A stretch of DNA of 32,000 bases from Wigglesworthia glossinidia endosymbiont of Glossina brevipalpis. Lineage in GTDB: Bacteria > Pseudomonadota > Gammaproteobacteria > Enterobacterales > Enterobacteriaceae. Below are positions 1 to 11,678 of this stretch, in pieces. The translations under genes and the position numbers were made by a program. The stretch is from assembly GCA_000008885.1 (NCBI GenBank), contig BA000021.3:600001-632000 (forward strand). Reading direction: 5' to 3'. How positions within the stretch are numbered: position 1 is the first letter of the stretch; each line of letters opens with the position of its first letter. A model generated the notes under the pieces. That model was not told where the DNA came from. It did not search any database and was given only the letters and a program-made list of their open reading frames with translations.

Positions 1-3000
1 TTTGACAAAAAAACAGAAAAACCAATTATTACAGCGAATACAGAACTTACTGTAGACTTAATGCTTAATTTATTTAAATCTGGATATAAAAGCATCGAGA
101 CTTTGTTTACAAATGATTTAGATCATGGATCATATATCTCAGAAACATTAAGAATTGATTCTACTACAGATAAAACTAGTGCTTTAATAGAAATATATCG
201 TATGATGAGACCAGGAGAGCCTCCTACTAAAGAGGCTGCAGAAAATTTATTTTATAATTTATTCTTCTCAGAAGATAGATATGATTTGTCTTCTGTAGGA
301 AGAATGAAATTTAACAAATCTTTATCAATAAATTCATCTGAAGGTTCAAGTTTATTGGATAAATTTGATATCATAGAAGTAACAAAAAAATTGATAGATA
401 TAAGAAATGGTAAAGGAGACGTAGATGACATTGATCATCTAGGAAATAGAAGAATTAGATCAGTAGGAGAGATGGCTGAGAATCAATTCAGAATAGGATT
501 AGTTAGAGTGGAACGTGCAGTTAAAGAAAGGTTATCTTTAGGAGATCTAGATACAATAATGCCACAAGACATGATTAATGCTAAGCCCATTTCAGCTGCA
601 GTAAAAGAATTCTTTGGATCTAGTCAATTGTCACAATTCATGGATCAAAATAATCCATTATCAGAAATTACTCATAAACGTCGAATATCGGCTCTAGGTC
701 CTGGAGGATTAACTAGAGAAAGAGCTGGTTTTGAAGTAAGAGATGTGCATCCTACACATTATGGTAGAGTATGTCCAATAGAAACTCCAGAAGGTCCAAA
801 TATTGGATTAATCAATTCTCTATCTGTTTATGCTAGAACAAATGAATATGGTTTTTTAGAAACTCCATACAGATGTGTTTTAAATGGAATAGTGACTAAC
901 AATATACATTATCTATCTGCGATAGAAGAAGGAAAATTTATTATAGCTCAAGCAAATACTAACTTGGATAAAAATGGATATTTTATAAATGAATTTGTTA
1001 CTTGTAGAAACAAAGGAGAATCAAGTTTATTCAACAGAAATCAAGTAAATTATATGGATGTATCTACTCAACAAATAGTTTCAGTTGGAGCATCTTTAAT
1101 TCCTTTTTTAGAACATGATGATGCAAATAGAGCTTTAATGGGAGCTAATATGCAAAGACAAGCAGTTCCAACTTTAATGACAGAAAAACCATTGATAGGA
1201 ACTGGTATGGAAAGAGCAGTAGCAGTAGATTCTGGTGTAACTGCAGTAGCAAAAAGAGGGGGAATAGTTCAATTTTTAGATTCATCCAAAATAATAATAA
1301 AGGTCAACCAAGAAGAAATAATAAAAGAAAAAATAGGGATAGATATTTACCATTTAACAAAATATGTTAGATCAAATCAAAATACATGCATAAATCAAAC
1401 ACCTTGTGTATGCTTAAATGATGTAGTAGAACGTGGAGACGTTTTAGCAGACGGTCCATCTACTGATTTAGGAGAGCTAGCCTTAGGTCAAAATATGAGA
1501 ATAGCATTTATGCCGTGGAATGGATATAATTTTGAAGATTCTATGTTAGTTTCCGAAAAAGTTGTTCATGAAGATAGATTTACAACAATACATATTCAAG
1601 AATTAGCCTGTATGTCTAGAGATACCAAATTAGGATCAGAAGAAATAACCTCAGATATTCCAAATGTAAGTGAAACTTCTTTGTTGAAATTAGATGAATC
1701 TGGAATTGTTTATATTGGAGCAGAAGTAAAAGGAGGAGATATATTGGTAGGAAAAGTTACTCCTAAAGGCGAAACTCAATTAACTCCAGAAGAAAAATTA
1801 TTACGAGCTATTTTTGGAGAAAAAGCTTCAGATGTAAAAGACTCATCATTAAGAGTCCCAAATGGAGTTTCAGGAACAGTTATAGATGTAGAAATATTCA
1901 CTAGAGATGGAGTTAAAAAAGATAAAAGAGCTTTAGAGATTGAGTATATGCAAATCAAAGAAGCAAAAAAAGATATATATGAAGAACTAGAAATTTTTAA
2001 ATCTAGCTTAAAAATACAAATAGAATATTTTCTAAAAGAAAACAATATAGAATATGATTCTCTGTCAGAATTATTAAAAGGAAATATAAAAAATTTAATA
2101 TTTAAAAATAATAATTTAAATAATATATTTGAAGAACTAATAAATAAATTTTTGAGATTAAAAGAAGAATTTGAAAAAAAATTAGAAATAAAAATAAAAA
2201 AAATTACTCAAGGAGACGATTTAGCACCAGGAGTTTTAAAAATTGTTAAAGTTTACTTGGCCGTAAAACGGCAAATACAGCCAGGTGATAAAATGGCAGG
2301 ACGTCATGGAAACAAAGGAGTTATTTCTAAAATAAATCCAATAGAAGATATGCCTTATGATGAGAACGGAGTTCCTGTAGACATGGTATTAAATCCTTTA
2401 GGAGTTCCTTCTAGAATGAATATTGGACAAATTTTAGAGACTCATTTAGGACTAGCTGCAAAAGGAATAGGAAATATTATAGATAATATGTTAAAAAATA
2501 ACAAAAAAATTTATAAAATAAAAAAATTTATACAAAATGCATATAATTTAGGGATTGGAATTAGGCAAAAGGTTGAATTAGATCATTTTTCTGATAAAGA
2601 AATTATTAAACTTGCAAATAATCTTAGAAAAGGAATGCCTATAGCTACTCCTGTATTTGATGGAGCTCAAGAAATAGAAATAAAAGAACTTTTGAAATTT
2701 AGTGGAAATCCTGAATCTGGTCAAATTACATTATTTGATGGACAAACAGGTGAAAAGTTTGATAGACCAGTTACTGTAGGATATATGTATATGTTAAAAT
2801 TAAATCATTTGGTTGACGATAAAATGCATGCTAGATCTACTGGATCTTATAGCTTAGTAACCCAACAACCATTGGGTGGAAAAGCCCAGTTTGGAGGGCA
2901 AAGATTTGGAGAAATGGAAGTATGGGCTTTAGAAGCATATGGAGCTGCTTATTCTTTACAAGAAATGCTTACAGTAAAATCAGATGACGTTAATGGGCGT

Positions 3001-3129
3001 ACTAAGATGTATAAAAATATAGTAGATGGCAGCCATTTAATGGAACCTGGAATGCCAGAATCTTTTAATGTACTTTTAAAAGAAATTCGTTCTTTAGGAA
3101 TTAATATTGAATTAGAAGAAAATAATTAA
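1..3129 (+). CDS. rpoB: RNA polymerase beta subunit, 5' truncated by window edge
   Basis: Frame is open from base 1 ([21 protein letters not shown]...), upstream of the ORF-track start at 61. Characteristic RpoB motifs: [72 protein letters not shown]-terminus [10 protein letters not shown]. Confidence 0.99.
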   Translation, partial: FDKKTEKPIITANTELTVDLMLNLFKSGYKSIETLFTNDLDHGSYISETLRIDSTTDKTSALIEIYRMMRPGEPPTKEAAENLFYNLFFSEDRYDLSSVGRMKFNKSLSINSSEGSSLLDKFDIIEVTKKLIDIRNGKGDVDDIDHLGNRRIRSVGEMAENQFRIGLVRVERAVKERLSLGDLDTIMPQDMINAKPISAAVKEFFGSSQLSQFMDQNNPLSEITHKRRISALGPGGLTRERAGFEVRDVHPTHYGRVCPIETPEGPNIGLINSLSVYARTNEYGFLETPYRCVLNGIVTNNIHYLSAIEEGKFIIAQANTNLDKNGYFINEFVTCRNKGESSLFNRNQVNYMDVSTQQIVSVGASLIPFLEHDDANRALMGANMQRQAVPTLMTEKPLIGTGMERAVAVDSGVTAVAKRGGIVQFLDSSKIIIKVNQEEIIKEKIGIDIYHLTKYVRSNQNTCINQTPCVCLNDVVERGDVLADGPSTDLGELALGQNMRIAFMPWNGYNFEDSMLVSEKVVHEDRFTTIHIQELACMSRDTKLGSEEITSDIPNVSETSLLKLDESGIVYIGAEVKGGDILVGKVTPKGETQLTPEEKLLRAIFGEKASDVKDSSLRVPNGVSGTVIDVEIFTRDGVKKDKRALEIEYMQIKEAKKDIYEELEIFKSSLKIQIEYFLKENNIEYDSLSELLKGNIKNLIFKNNNLNNIFEELINKFLRLKEEFEKKLEIKIKKITQGDDLAPGVLKIVKVYLAVKRQIQPGDKMAGRHGNKGVISKINPIEDMPYDENGVPVDMVLNPLGVPSRMNIGQILETHLGLAAKGIGNIIDNMLKNNKKIYKIKKFIQNAYNLGIGIRQKVELDHFSDKEIIKLANNLRKGMPIATPVFDGAQEIEIKELLKFSGNPESGQITLFDGQTGEKFDRPVTVGYMYMLKLNHLVDDKMHARSTGSYSLVTQQPLGGKAQFGGQRFGEMEVWALEAYGAAYSLQEMLTVKSDDVNGRTKMYKNIVDGSHLMEPGMPESFNVLLKEIRSLGINIELEENN

Positions 3130-3172
3130 TATTAATTTTTCCATATCACCTTAATATGATAGAGAATAATTT

Positions 3173-6100
3173 GTGAAAGATTTATTAAGATTTTTAAAAA
3201 CTAATAATAAAATAGAAGAGTTTGATACTATTAAGATATCTTTAGCATCTCCAGAAATAGTTAGATCATGGTCTTTTGGAGAAATCAAAAAACCAGAAAC
3301 AATTAATTATAGAACTTTTAAACCAGAAAGAGATGGATTATTTTGCGCTCGTATTTTTGGGCCAGTAAAAGATTATGAATGTTTATGTGGAAAATACAAA
3401 AGATTAAAACATCGTGGCGTTATATGTGAAAAATGTGGAGTAGAAGTTACTCAAACAAAAGTTAGACGAGAAAGAATGGGTCACATAGAATTAGCTTCTC
3501 CAACTGCTCATATTTGGTTTTTAAAATCTTTGCCTTCACGCATTGGTTTATTGTTAGATATGCCTCTAAGAGATATTGAGCGAGTTTTGTATTTTGAATC
3601 TTACGTTGTAACAGATGGAGGAATGACAAGCTTAAATCAAAGACAAATCCTAACAGAAGAACAATATTTAGATTCTTTAGAAGAATTTGGAGATGAATTT
3701 GATGCAAAAATGGGGGCTGAAGCTATTCAAGAAATTTTAAAAAATATGAATTTAAAAGAAACTTGTAATAATATCAGAAAAGAACTTATAGATACTAATT
3801 CAGAAACAAAAAGAAAAAAATTAACTAAAAGAGTCAAATTAATAGAATCATTTATTAAATCTGGAAATAAACCTGAATGGATGATATTAACAGTTCTTCC
3901 AGTTTTGCCTCCAGATTTAAGACCTTTAGTACCGCTAGATGGAGGACGATTTGCTACATCTGATTTAAACGATTTGTATCGTAGGGTTATCAACAGAAAT
4001 AATAGATTAAAAAGACTTTTAGATCTTGCAGCTCCGGATATAATAGTACGTAATGAAAAACGTATGCTGCAAGAAGCAGTAGATGCTCTATTAGATAATG
4101 GTAGAAGAGGTAGAGCTATAACAGGCTCTAATAAAAGACCTTTAAAATCTTTAGCTGACATGATAAAAGGAAAACAAGGAAGATTCAGACAAAATCTTTT
4201 AGGGAAACGAGTTGATTATTCAGGAAGGTCAGTAATAACTGTAGGTCCATACTTAAGATTACATCAATGCGGGCTTCCAAAGAAAATGGCTTTAGAGTTA
4301 TTTAAGCCTTTTATTTATGGAAAACTAGAAATAAATGGTTTTGCTACTACAATTAAAGCAGCAAAAAAAATGGTAGAAAGAGAAGAAAGCGTAGTATGGG
4401 ATATATTAGAAGAAGTAATAAAAGAACATCCTGTGATGTTAAATAGAGCTCCAACATTACATAGATTAGGCATTCAAGCTTTTGAGCCTATATTAATAGA
4501 AGGAAAAGCAATTCAATTGCATCCTTTGGTTTGTGCCGCATATAATGCAGATTTTGATGGAGATCAAATGGCAGTACATGTTCCTCTTACTTTAGAAGCC
4601 CAATTAGAAGCTAGAGCATTAATGATGTCTACAAATAATATTTTATCTCCTGCTAATGGAGAACCAATTATTGTACCATCTCAAGATGTAGTATTAGGTT
4701 TGTATTATATGACTAGAGATCGTATTAATTGTTTAGGAGAGGGGATGTGCTTGAGCAACCCAAAAGAAGCAGAACATTTATATAGATCTGGAATTGCAGA
4801 ATTGCACGCTAAAGTAAAAGTAAGAATTTCTGAATATAACATTTTAGAAAATAAAAATATAGTAAAGAGTGTTAAATTAATAGACACAACAATAGGAAGA
4901 TCCATTTTATGGATGATAGTTCCAAAAGGGCTGCCATTTTCTCTAGTAAACAGGGTGTTAGGAAAGAAATCAATCTCTAATATGTTAAATACGTGTTATA
5001 GAGTTTTAGGATTAAAACCAACTGTTATGTTTGCAGATAATATTATGTACACTGGATTTTCTTATGCTGCAAAATCTGGATCTTCAGTTGGAATAGATGA
5101 TATATTAATTCCATTAAAAAAATCTAAAATTATAAAAAATGCAGAATATGAAGTTTCTGAAATACAAGAACAATTTCAATCCGGTCTTGTAACTGCAGGT
5201 GAAAGATACAATAAAGTAATTGATATTTGGGCTTCAGCTAATGAACGTGTTGCTAAAGCTATGATGAAAAATTTATCTGTAGAAACCATCATAGATGGTA
5301 ATGGAAAAGAAAACAAACAATCATCTTTTAATAATATTTTTATGATGGCTGATTCTGGAGCTAGAGGATCAGCTGCTCAAATTAGACAACTTGCTGGAAT
5401 GAGAGGTTTAATGGCAAAACCAGACGGATCAATTATAGAAACTCCAATTACTGCTAATTTTAGAGAAGGATTAAATGTTCTTCAGTATTTTATTTCTACT
5501 CATGGAGCAAGAAAAGGTTTAGCCGACACAGCTTTAAAAACTGCGAATTCAGGTTATTTAACAAGAAGACTAGTAGATGTTGCTCAAGATCTTGTAGTAA
5601 CAGAAGATGATTGTAAGACTATTTTTGGAATAACAATGACTCCAGTTATTGAAGGAGGAGAAGTTAAAGAACCATTAAGAGAAAGAGTTTTAGGAAGAGT
5701 TGTAGCAGAAAACGTTATGAATCCAGGAACTGACACAGTTTTAGTTCATAGAAATACATTATTAAGTGAAAAATGGTGTAATTTTTTAGAAAAAAACTTG
5801 ATAGATAAAATAAAAGTAAGATCAGTAGTAACTTGTGAAACTAATTTTGGAGTTTGCGCCAAATGTTATGGTAGAGACCTAGCTCGTGGTCATTTAGTGA
5901 ATAAAGGAGAAGCTATCGGAGTTATTGCAGCTCAATCAATAGGCGAACCAGGAACTCAATTAACTATGAGAACTTTCCATATAGGAGGAGCTGCATCTAG
6001 ATTGGCGTCTGAATCTAACATTCAAGTAAAAAATAAAGGTATTGTTAAATTAAATAATGCAAAATTTGTAATAAATGAAAACAATAAAATTGTAATTACA

Positions 6101-7390
6101 TCTCGTCACGCTTCTTTAAAAATTATTGATGAATTTGGAAGAACAAAAGAAAAGTACAAACTTCCATATGGAGCTTTTGTAAACAAAAAAAATGGAGAAA
6201 CAATAACTAGTGGAGAGGTAATTGCAAATTGGGATCCTCATACCATGCCAATTATAACAGAAGTAAGTGGATACATAAGGTTTATTGATATTATAGAAAA
6301 TCAGACAATAACAAGACAAACTGATGAATTAACAGGTGTATCTTTTATTTCAGTTCTAGACACTTCGGAAAGAATTGGAATTAACAAAGATTTACGTCCC
6401 GCTTTAAAAATAATTAATTTGCAAGGAAAAGATGTATTTTTGCCAGGAACAGATATTCCTGCACAATATTTTTTACCAGGAAAATCTATTTTGCAATTAG
6501 AAAATGGAACAAAAATTAACAGCGGAGATGTTTTAGCTAGATTATCTTTGGAAACAAGTGGAATTAAAGACATAACTGGAGGACTTCCTAGAGTAGCAGA
6601 TTTATTTGAAGCTAGAAGACCCAAAGAACCTGCTATTTTAGCAGAAATAAGCGGAATAATCTCATTTGGAAAAGAAACTAAAGGAAAAAGAAGATTAGTA
6701 ATCTCCCCTATTAATGGAAGTGATGTTTACGAAGAAATGATACCAAAATGGAGACATTTAAATGTTTTTGAAGGAGAAAGAGTTGAAAAAGGAGATGTAA
6801 TTTCAGATGGACCAGAATCTCCTCATGATATACTTCGCTTGAGAGGAGTACATGCAGTTACTAAATATATAGTAAACGAAGTACAGGATGTGTATAGATT
6901 GCAAGGAGTTAAAATTAACGATAAACACATAGAAGTTATAGTTAGACAAATGCTAAAAAAAGCAACAATTTTAAATGGATCTCAATCAGAATTTTTAGAA
7001 GGAGAACAAACAGAATTTTCACGTATTAGAATTGCAAATAATAATACAAAATCATCTGATAAAATTAATTATTCTCGTGATTTACTTGGAATTACAAAAT
7101 CTTCTTTAGCTACTGAATCTTTCATTTCTGCTGCATCTTTTCAAGAAACTACAAGAGTTTTAACAGAATCAGCAGTATCTGGAAAAATAGATGAATTAAG
7201 AGGGTTAAAAGAAAACGTTATTGTAGGAAGATTAATTCCAGCTGGAACAGGATACTCATATCATCAAAAAAGGTTATTAGAGCGTAAAAAAAGAAATAGT
7301 ATTCATAAGTCTTCTGTTAATCATGTTACTTTAGATGAAGCTTCAGAAAATTTAAAAGAACTTTTAAAAGCTAATTTGAATGATAATTAA
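3173..7390 (+). CDS. rpoC: RNA polymerase beta' subunit
   Basis: 1405 aa, GTG start. Zn-finger [23 protein letters not shown], catalytic [15 protein letters not shown], follows rpoB. Confidence 0.99.
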   Translation: MKDLLRFLKTNNKIEEFDTIKISLASPEIVRSWSFGEIKKPETINYRTFKPERDGLFCARIFGPVKDYECLCGKYKRLKHRGVICEKCGVEVTQTKVRRERMGHIELASPTAHIWFLKSLPSRIGLLLDMPLRDIERVLYFESYVVTDGGMTSLNQRQILTEEQYLDSLEEFGDEFDAKMGAEAIQEILKNMNLKETCNNIRKELIDTNSETKRKKLTKRVKLIESFIKSGNKPEWMILTVLPVLPPDLRPLVPLDGGRFATSDLNDLYRRVINRNNRLKRLLDLAAPDIIVRNEKRMLQEAVDALLDNGRRGRAITGSNKRPLKSLADMIKGKQGRFRQNLLGKRVDYSGRSVITVGPYLRLHQCGLPKKMALELFKPFIYGKLEINGFATTIKAAKKMVEREESVVWDILEEVIKEHPVMLNRAPTLHRLGIQAFEPILIEGKAIQLHPLVCAAYNADFDGDQMAVHVPLTLEAQLEARALMMSTNNILSPANGEPIIVPSQDVVLGLYYMTRDRINCLGEGMCLSNPKEAEHLYRSGIAELHAKVKVRISEYNILENKNIVKSVKLIDTTIGRSILWMIVPKGLPFSLVNRVLGKKSISNMLNTCYRVLGLKPTVMFADNIMYTGFSYAAKSGSSVGIDDILIPLKKSKIIKNAEYEVSEIQEQFQSGLVTAGERYNKVIDIWASANERVAKAMMKNLSVETIIDGNGKENKQSSFNNIFMMADSGARGSAAQIRQLAGMRGLMAKPDGSIIETPITANFREGLNVLQYFISTHGARKGLADTALKTANSGYLTRRLVDVAQDLVVTEDDCKTIFGITMTPVIEGGEVKEPLRERVLGRVVAENVMNPGTDTVLVHRNTLLSEKWCNFLEKNLIDKIKVRSVVTCETNFGVCAKCYGRDLARGHLVNKGEAIGVIAAQSIGEPGTQLTMRTFHIGGAASRLASESNIQVKNKGIVKLNNAKFVINENNKIVITSRHASLKIIDEFGRTKEKYKLPYGAFVNKKNGETITSGEVIANWDPHTMPIITEVSGYIRFIDIIENQTITRQTDELTGVSFISVLDTSERIGINKDLRPALKIINLQGKDVFLPGTDIPAQYFLPGKSILQLENGTKINSGDVLARLSLETSGIKDITGGLPRVADLFEARRPKEPAILAEISGIISFGKETKGKRRLVISPINGSDVYEEMIPKWRHLNVFEGERVEKGDVISDGPESPHDILRLRGVHAVTKYIVNEVQDVYRLQGVKINDKHIEVIVRQMLKKATILNGSQSEFLEGEQTEFSRIRIANNNTKSSDKINYSRDLLGITKSSLATESFISAASFQETTRVLTESAVSGKIDELRGLKENVIVGRLIPAGTGYSYHQKRLLERKKRNSIHKSSVNHVTLDEASENLKELLKANLNDN

Positions 7391-7416
7391 AAAATTTTTT
7401 AAATAAATATTTTTTT

Positions 7417-7516
7417 AATTCCAGCATACAGCAATATTTTTATTAGTAAATTCGATCAGGTCCGACAGGAAGCAATCGTAGCTACAAAAAGTATGTGTAT
7501 AGTATGCTGGAAAATT
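7417..7516 (+). ncRNA. ffs: 4.5S signal recognition particle RNA
   Basis: Conserved SRP RNA core gatCAGGTCCgacaGGAAGCAatc with helix CGAT/ATCG (7453-7456/7475-7478), TCC/GGA closing the tetraloop, and a terminal 9-bp stem ccagcatac (7421-7429)/gtatgctgg (7502-7510). Near hha and dnaX as in E. coli. Exact ends approximate. Confidence 0.93.
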
Positions 7517-7572
7517 AAATTGTAAACATAAAATTATTAAAGTTTTATAAAAATATTTTAAAATATAAAAAT

Positions 7573-7776
7573 TTATCTTACATATTTCCATACAACATTT
7601 GGAATCTTATCATACAATTTATTCATAGTTATTTCTGCTAATCTATGATCAGCAGCTGAATTAAAAATTTCTAATTCATCATTTGACAATTTATATTTAT
7701 TTTTTTCTATAACTCTTTCTAAAGTTGCTAATGTTCTACATTTTCTTAAACGCATAAGGTAATCTATTTTTTTCAT
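7573..7776 (-). CDS. hha: Hha/YmoA family nucleoid-associated regulator
   Basis: 67 aa with [63 protein letters not shown], near-identical pattern to E. coli Hha. Confidence 0.95.
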   Translation of the reverse strand: MKKIDYLMRLRKCRTLATLERVIEKNKYKLSNDELEIFNSAADHRLAEITMNKLYDKIPNVVWKYVR

Positions 7777-8212
7777 TTTTTTTAACCAATAATATGGAAT
7801 ATTTATTAATAAATAAAAATTATTGTCTGTTAGATAAAATATATTTAGGATTATTAAATAAATTATTTTTATATAATTTATTTAATTTATTAATTATATG
7901 GCAACCTAGAATAATTTTGTAAAAATTAACATTTTTATAAATTATTTTATATAAATTATATTAAATTATAAATTGTAAAATAGTAAATATAAATTTAATT
8001 AAATTTATATTTTTTGTAATTTAAATATATGTTATATTTTATTCTATATAATAATTTTTATTTAAAAATATAAATTACTTTAAATTATAAATTTATTATT
8101 AATATTAATAATTATTAAAAATTAATATTTTAAATAAATATAAAAATAATTTTTAAAATAAAAATTTTTATATAAAATAAAATTCATTTTTAATAAATTT
8201 TGATTTTAATAC

Positions 8213-9310
8213 ATGAATTATAAACCCTTAAATATAAAGTGGAGACCTAAAATATTTAATGATATTATAGGTCAAGATCATGTTTTGAGATTTTTAAAAA
8301 ATAGTTTTTTAGATAAAAAAATTTATTATTCTTATTTAATAAGTGGAATAAGAGGAATAGGAAAAACTACATTAGCTAGATTAATAGCTAAAAGTTTAAA
8401 TTGTTTTTATGATATAAATTTTAATCCATGTAGAATATGCAAAAATTGCGAAGAATCTGAAAAAAATTGTTTTGTTGATTTAATAGAAATTGACGCTGCG
8501 TCGCATACAAAGATAGAAAACATTAAAGAAGTTTTAGATAATATAAAATATCTTCCATCTAAAGGTAGATATAAAATATATATAATAGATGAAGTTCACA
8601 TGTTATCTAAATATAGTTTTAATGCTCTATTAAAAATTTTAGAAGAGCCACCAAATCATGTTAAATTTATATTAGCTACAACTGAGTTAAACAAAATTCC
8701 TGAAACTATTTTATCTAGATGTTTGCATTTGCAGCTAAAAGAAATAAGTGAAACTGATATTTTATATAACTTAAAAAAAATATTAAAATTAGAAAAAATT
8801 TATTATGAAGAAGAAGCTTTAAAAATTATATCCAAATCATCTCAACATAGCATGAGAGATGCTTTAACTTTAGCTGAAAAAGCATCAATTTTAGGGGAAA
8901 ACAATATTTTATACAACGTAGTATCTGATATGTTAGGATGTATTAGTTTTATGGAGTTAATCGATTTATTTGAAATAATATCTCTTAATAAAAAAGAAAA
9001 ATTAATATTTTTTTTTAAAAAAATTGAAAATAAATCTATAAATTGGGATGATTTTCTTATAAATATGATATTGATTGTACACAAAGTTTTATTTTTTAAA
9101 TTCAACGATACATATAAAGACCCAAAAAAAATAAATACAAAAAAAACAAAATTTTATAAATTATCTAAGTTAATTTCTACAAATGACTTATATAAATATT
9201 ATGATATCTTTCTTCAAGGAAGGAAAGAATTATCTTATTCTACAGAACAAAAAATTACAGTAGAAATAACAATATTACGTGCTTTTTATTTTATAAATGA
9301 AAATTTATAG
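8213..9310 (+). CDS. dnaX: DNA polymerase III clamp-loader subunit, short (gamma-like) form
   Basis: 365 aa; YSYLISGIRGIGKTTLARLIAKSLNC Walker A, Zn-binding CRICKNCEESEKNC, IYIIDEVHMLS, LEEPPNHVKFILATTE. Followed by ybaB. Confidence 0.96.
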   Translation: MNYKPLNIKWRPKIFNDIIGQDHVLRFLKNSFLDKKIYYSYLISGIRGIGKTTLARLIAKSLNCFYDINFNPCRICKNCEESEKNCFVDLIEIDAASHTKIENIKEVLDNIKYLPSKGRYKIYIIDEVHMLSKYSFNALLKILEEPPNHVKFILATTELNKIPETILSRCLHLQLKEISETDILYNLKKILKLEKIYYEEEALKIISKSSQHSMRDALTLAEKASILGENNILYNVVSDMLGCISFMELIDLFEIISLNKKEKLIFFFKKIENKSINWDDFLINMILIVHKVLFFKFNDTYKDPKKINTKKTKFYKLSKLISTNDLYKYYDIFLQGRKELSYSTEQKITVEITILRAFYFINENL

Positions 9311-9365
9311 ACGATTCAAATCAACATAGATAAAATTTAAATTAATTATATTTGATAAAAACGGA

Positions 9366-9674
9366 ATGAATAAATTAATGAAACAAGCTCAAAAAATTCA
9401 AGAAAAAATGAAATTAATTCAAGAAGAAATTTCAAAATTAGAAGCAATTGGAGAATCTGGAGCTGGTTTGGTAAAAATAAAATTAAATGGCTCTCGATAT
9501 TGTAATTATGTTAAAATAGATAATAGTTTGTTAAAAGATAAAGAAATGCTAGAAGATCTTATCGTAGCTGCATTTAACGATGCCATTAGAAGAATATCTG
9601 AGATTCAACAAGAAAAAATAGCTTCTGTATCTAGCTCTATTCAAATACCTGAAGGCTTTAAAATGCCATTTTAA
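9366..9674 (+). CDS. ybaB: YbaB/EbfC family nucleoid-associated protein
   Basis: [27 protein letters not shown]-like [27 protein letters not shown]-terminus; located between dnaX and htpG. Confidence 0.95.
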   Translation: MNKLMKQAQKIQEKMKLIQEEISKLEAIGESGAGLVKIKLNGSRYCNYVKIDNSLLKDKEMLEDLIVAAFNDAIRRISEIQQEKIASVSSSIQIPEGFKMPF

Positions 9675-9734
9675 ATGATTAAATAATCTATTTAAATTAA
9701 ATTTATTTGAAATATATAAAATATAGGAAATAAT

Positions 9735-11651
9735 ATGCAAAAAAAAGAAACTTTAGAATTTCAATCTGAAGTAAAACAGCTTTTAAATTTAATGATACAT
9801 TCTTTATATTCTAATAAAGAAATATTTTTAAGAGAATTAATTTCTAATGCATCAGATGCATTAGACAAGTTAAGATTTTTATCAATTTCAGATGAAAAAA
9901 TAAAAATAAAACAAAATAAATTATGTATATTTATAGATTATGATAAAAATAAAAAAAGTATTACTATACAAGATAATGGAATAGGTATGTCTAAAAAAGA
10001 AGTAATAGAAAATTTAGGCACTATAGCTAAATCTGGTACTAAATCTTTTATTAAATCTATAGAAAAATCAAATTCTGAAAAAAACAATCAATTAATAGGT
10101 AAATTTGGAGTTGGTTTCTATTCAGTATTTATCGTCTCTGAAAAAGTATTAGTTCTTACACGTTCATTTAAAGAAAATGAAAAAAATGGAGTTTTATGGG
10201 AATCTTCAGGAAAAGGTGAATATACTATTTCTAATATAATAAAAAAAGACGTAGGAACAGAAATAACTATATTTTTAAAAGAATCAGAAAAAGAATTTTG
10301 TGATGAGTTAAATATAAAAAATATTGTTTTGAAATATTCTAATCATATAAATTTTCCAATTAAATTAAAAACTAAAATAACAAAAGATAATAAAATACTA
10401 ACTCCAGAAGAAAAAAAGTCATATACTTGGAAACAAATAAATACAGGTAAATCTTTATGGTCTAAAAAAAAGTCAGAGATAAAAGACATAGAATATAAAG
10501 AATTTTATAAAAATTTTTTCAATGATAATTACGATCCATTAATATGGTCTCATAATCATGTAGAAGGAAAACAAGAATATGTCAGTTTATTGTATATTCC
10601 AAGAAAAGCATCATGGGATATATGGAACAGAGAACACAAACACGGATTAAAATTATATGTCAAAAAAGTATTTATAATGGATCAATCTAGTGAATTTATT
10701 CCTAATTATTTAAGATTTATTAAAGGAATAATAGATTCTAATGATCTTCCATTGAATGTTTCTAGAGAGATTTTACAAAACAATGAAAATATATATAAAA
10801 TAAAAATTAATTTAACTAAAAAAGCTTTATTAATGTTAGAAAATTTATCAAAAAATCATCCTGATGAATATAAATTATTTTGGAAAGAATTTGGTCTTAT
10901 TCTAAAAGAAGGACCTTCAGAAGATATAAAAAACTACGAAAACGTTATAAAACTTTTTAGATTTTCATCTACATATATAAATTCAGAAAACCAAGAAGTT
11001 TCTTTAGAAGATTATGTTAAAAGAATGCAATCTGGACAAAACAAAATATTTTATATAACTTCTGATAATTATCTTTCTGCAAAGAACAATCCACATTTAG
11101 AAAAATTAAAAGAGAAAAAGATAGAAGTATTATTATTGTTTGACAGAATTGATGAATGGATGATGAATTATATGACAGAATTTAAAAAAATTAAGTTTCA
11201 ATCTATAAGCAAATATAGTTCATATTTAGAAAATATATTTAAAGATGAAAACAACGATCAAAAAAATACAGAACAAAAATTATCAACAATTATTCTTAGA
11301 ATCAAATCTTATTTGAAAGATAGAGTGAAAGATGTACGTTTTACATCTAAATTGACAAATAGCCCATCTACAGTTACTACTGACGAAAACGATATAACTA
11401 CACAAATGTCTAAATTATTAATTTCAACAGGACAAGAAAGTCCAGAAATAAAATATATTTTTGAATTAAATGCAAATCATCCAATAATAAAGCATGTATT
11501 TAATATTGAAGATAAAAATATATTTAATAATTGGATAGAATTATTATTTGAAGAATCGATTTTATCAGAGAGAGGTAATTTAGATGATCCAAATAAATTT
11601 ATTCATAGAATAAATAATTTATTATTGTCTAATATTATTAGATTAAATTGA
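9735..11651 (+). CDS. htpG: Molecular chaperone HtpG (Hsp90)
   Basis: 638 aa; FQSEVKQLLNLMIHSLYSNKEIFLRELISNASDALDKLRF, DNGIGM, IGKFGVGFYSVFIVSEKV, SREILQ. Confidence 0.99.
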   Translation: MQKKETLEFQSEVKQLLNLMIHSLYSNKEIFLRELISNASDALDKLRFLSISDEKIKIKQNKLCIFIDYDKNKKSITIQDNGIGMSKKEVIENLGTIAKSGTKSFIKSIEKSNSEKNNQLIGKFGVGFYSVFIVSEKVLVLTRSFKENEKNGVLWESSGKGEYTISNIIKKDVGTEITIFLKESEKEFCDELNIKNIVLKYSNHINFPIKLKTKITKDNKILTPEEKKSYTWKQINTGKSLWSKKKSEIKDIEYKEFYKNFFNDNYDPLIWSHNHVEGKQEYVSLLYIPRKASWDIWNREHKHGLKLYVKKVFIMDQSSEFIPNYLRFIKGIIDSNDLPLNVSREILQNNENIYKIKINLTKKALLMLENLSKNHPDEYKLFWKEFGLILKEGPSEDIKNYENVIKLFRFSSTYINSENQEVSLEDYVKRMQSGQNKIFYITSDNYLSAKNNPHLEKLKEKKIEVLLLFDRIDEWMMNYMTEFKKIKFQSISKYSSYLENIFKDENNDQKNTEQKLSTIILRIKSYLKDRVKDVRFTSKLTNSPSTVTTDENDITTQMSKLLISTGQESPEIKYIFELNANHPIIKHVFNIEDKNIFNNWIELLFEESILSERGNLDDPNKFIHRINNLLLSNIIRLN

Positions 11652-11678
11652 AATTGAGTTAAAATTTCTGGAATTAAT

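Noticed and set aside
1776-2045. Minus-strand ORF inside rpoB
   Set aside because: Antisense shadow of the conserved rpoB frame; no recognisable protein and no independent signals.
3462-6624. ORFs 3462-3707, 3727-4161, 4705-4905, 6116-6319 and 6301-6624 on the minus strand
   Set aside because: All lie antisense to strongly conserved rpoC sequence; composition looks like shadow translation.
8842-9105. Minus-strand ORF inside dnaX
   Set aside because: Antisense to dnaX, low complexity, no homology recognised.
9549-9740. Minus-strand ORF over the ybaB 3' end
   Set aside because: Antisense shadow ORF.
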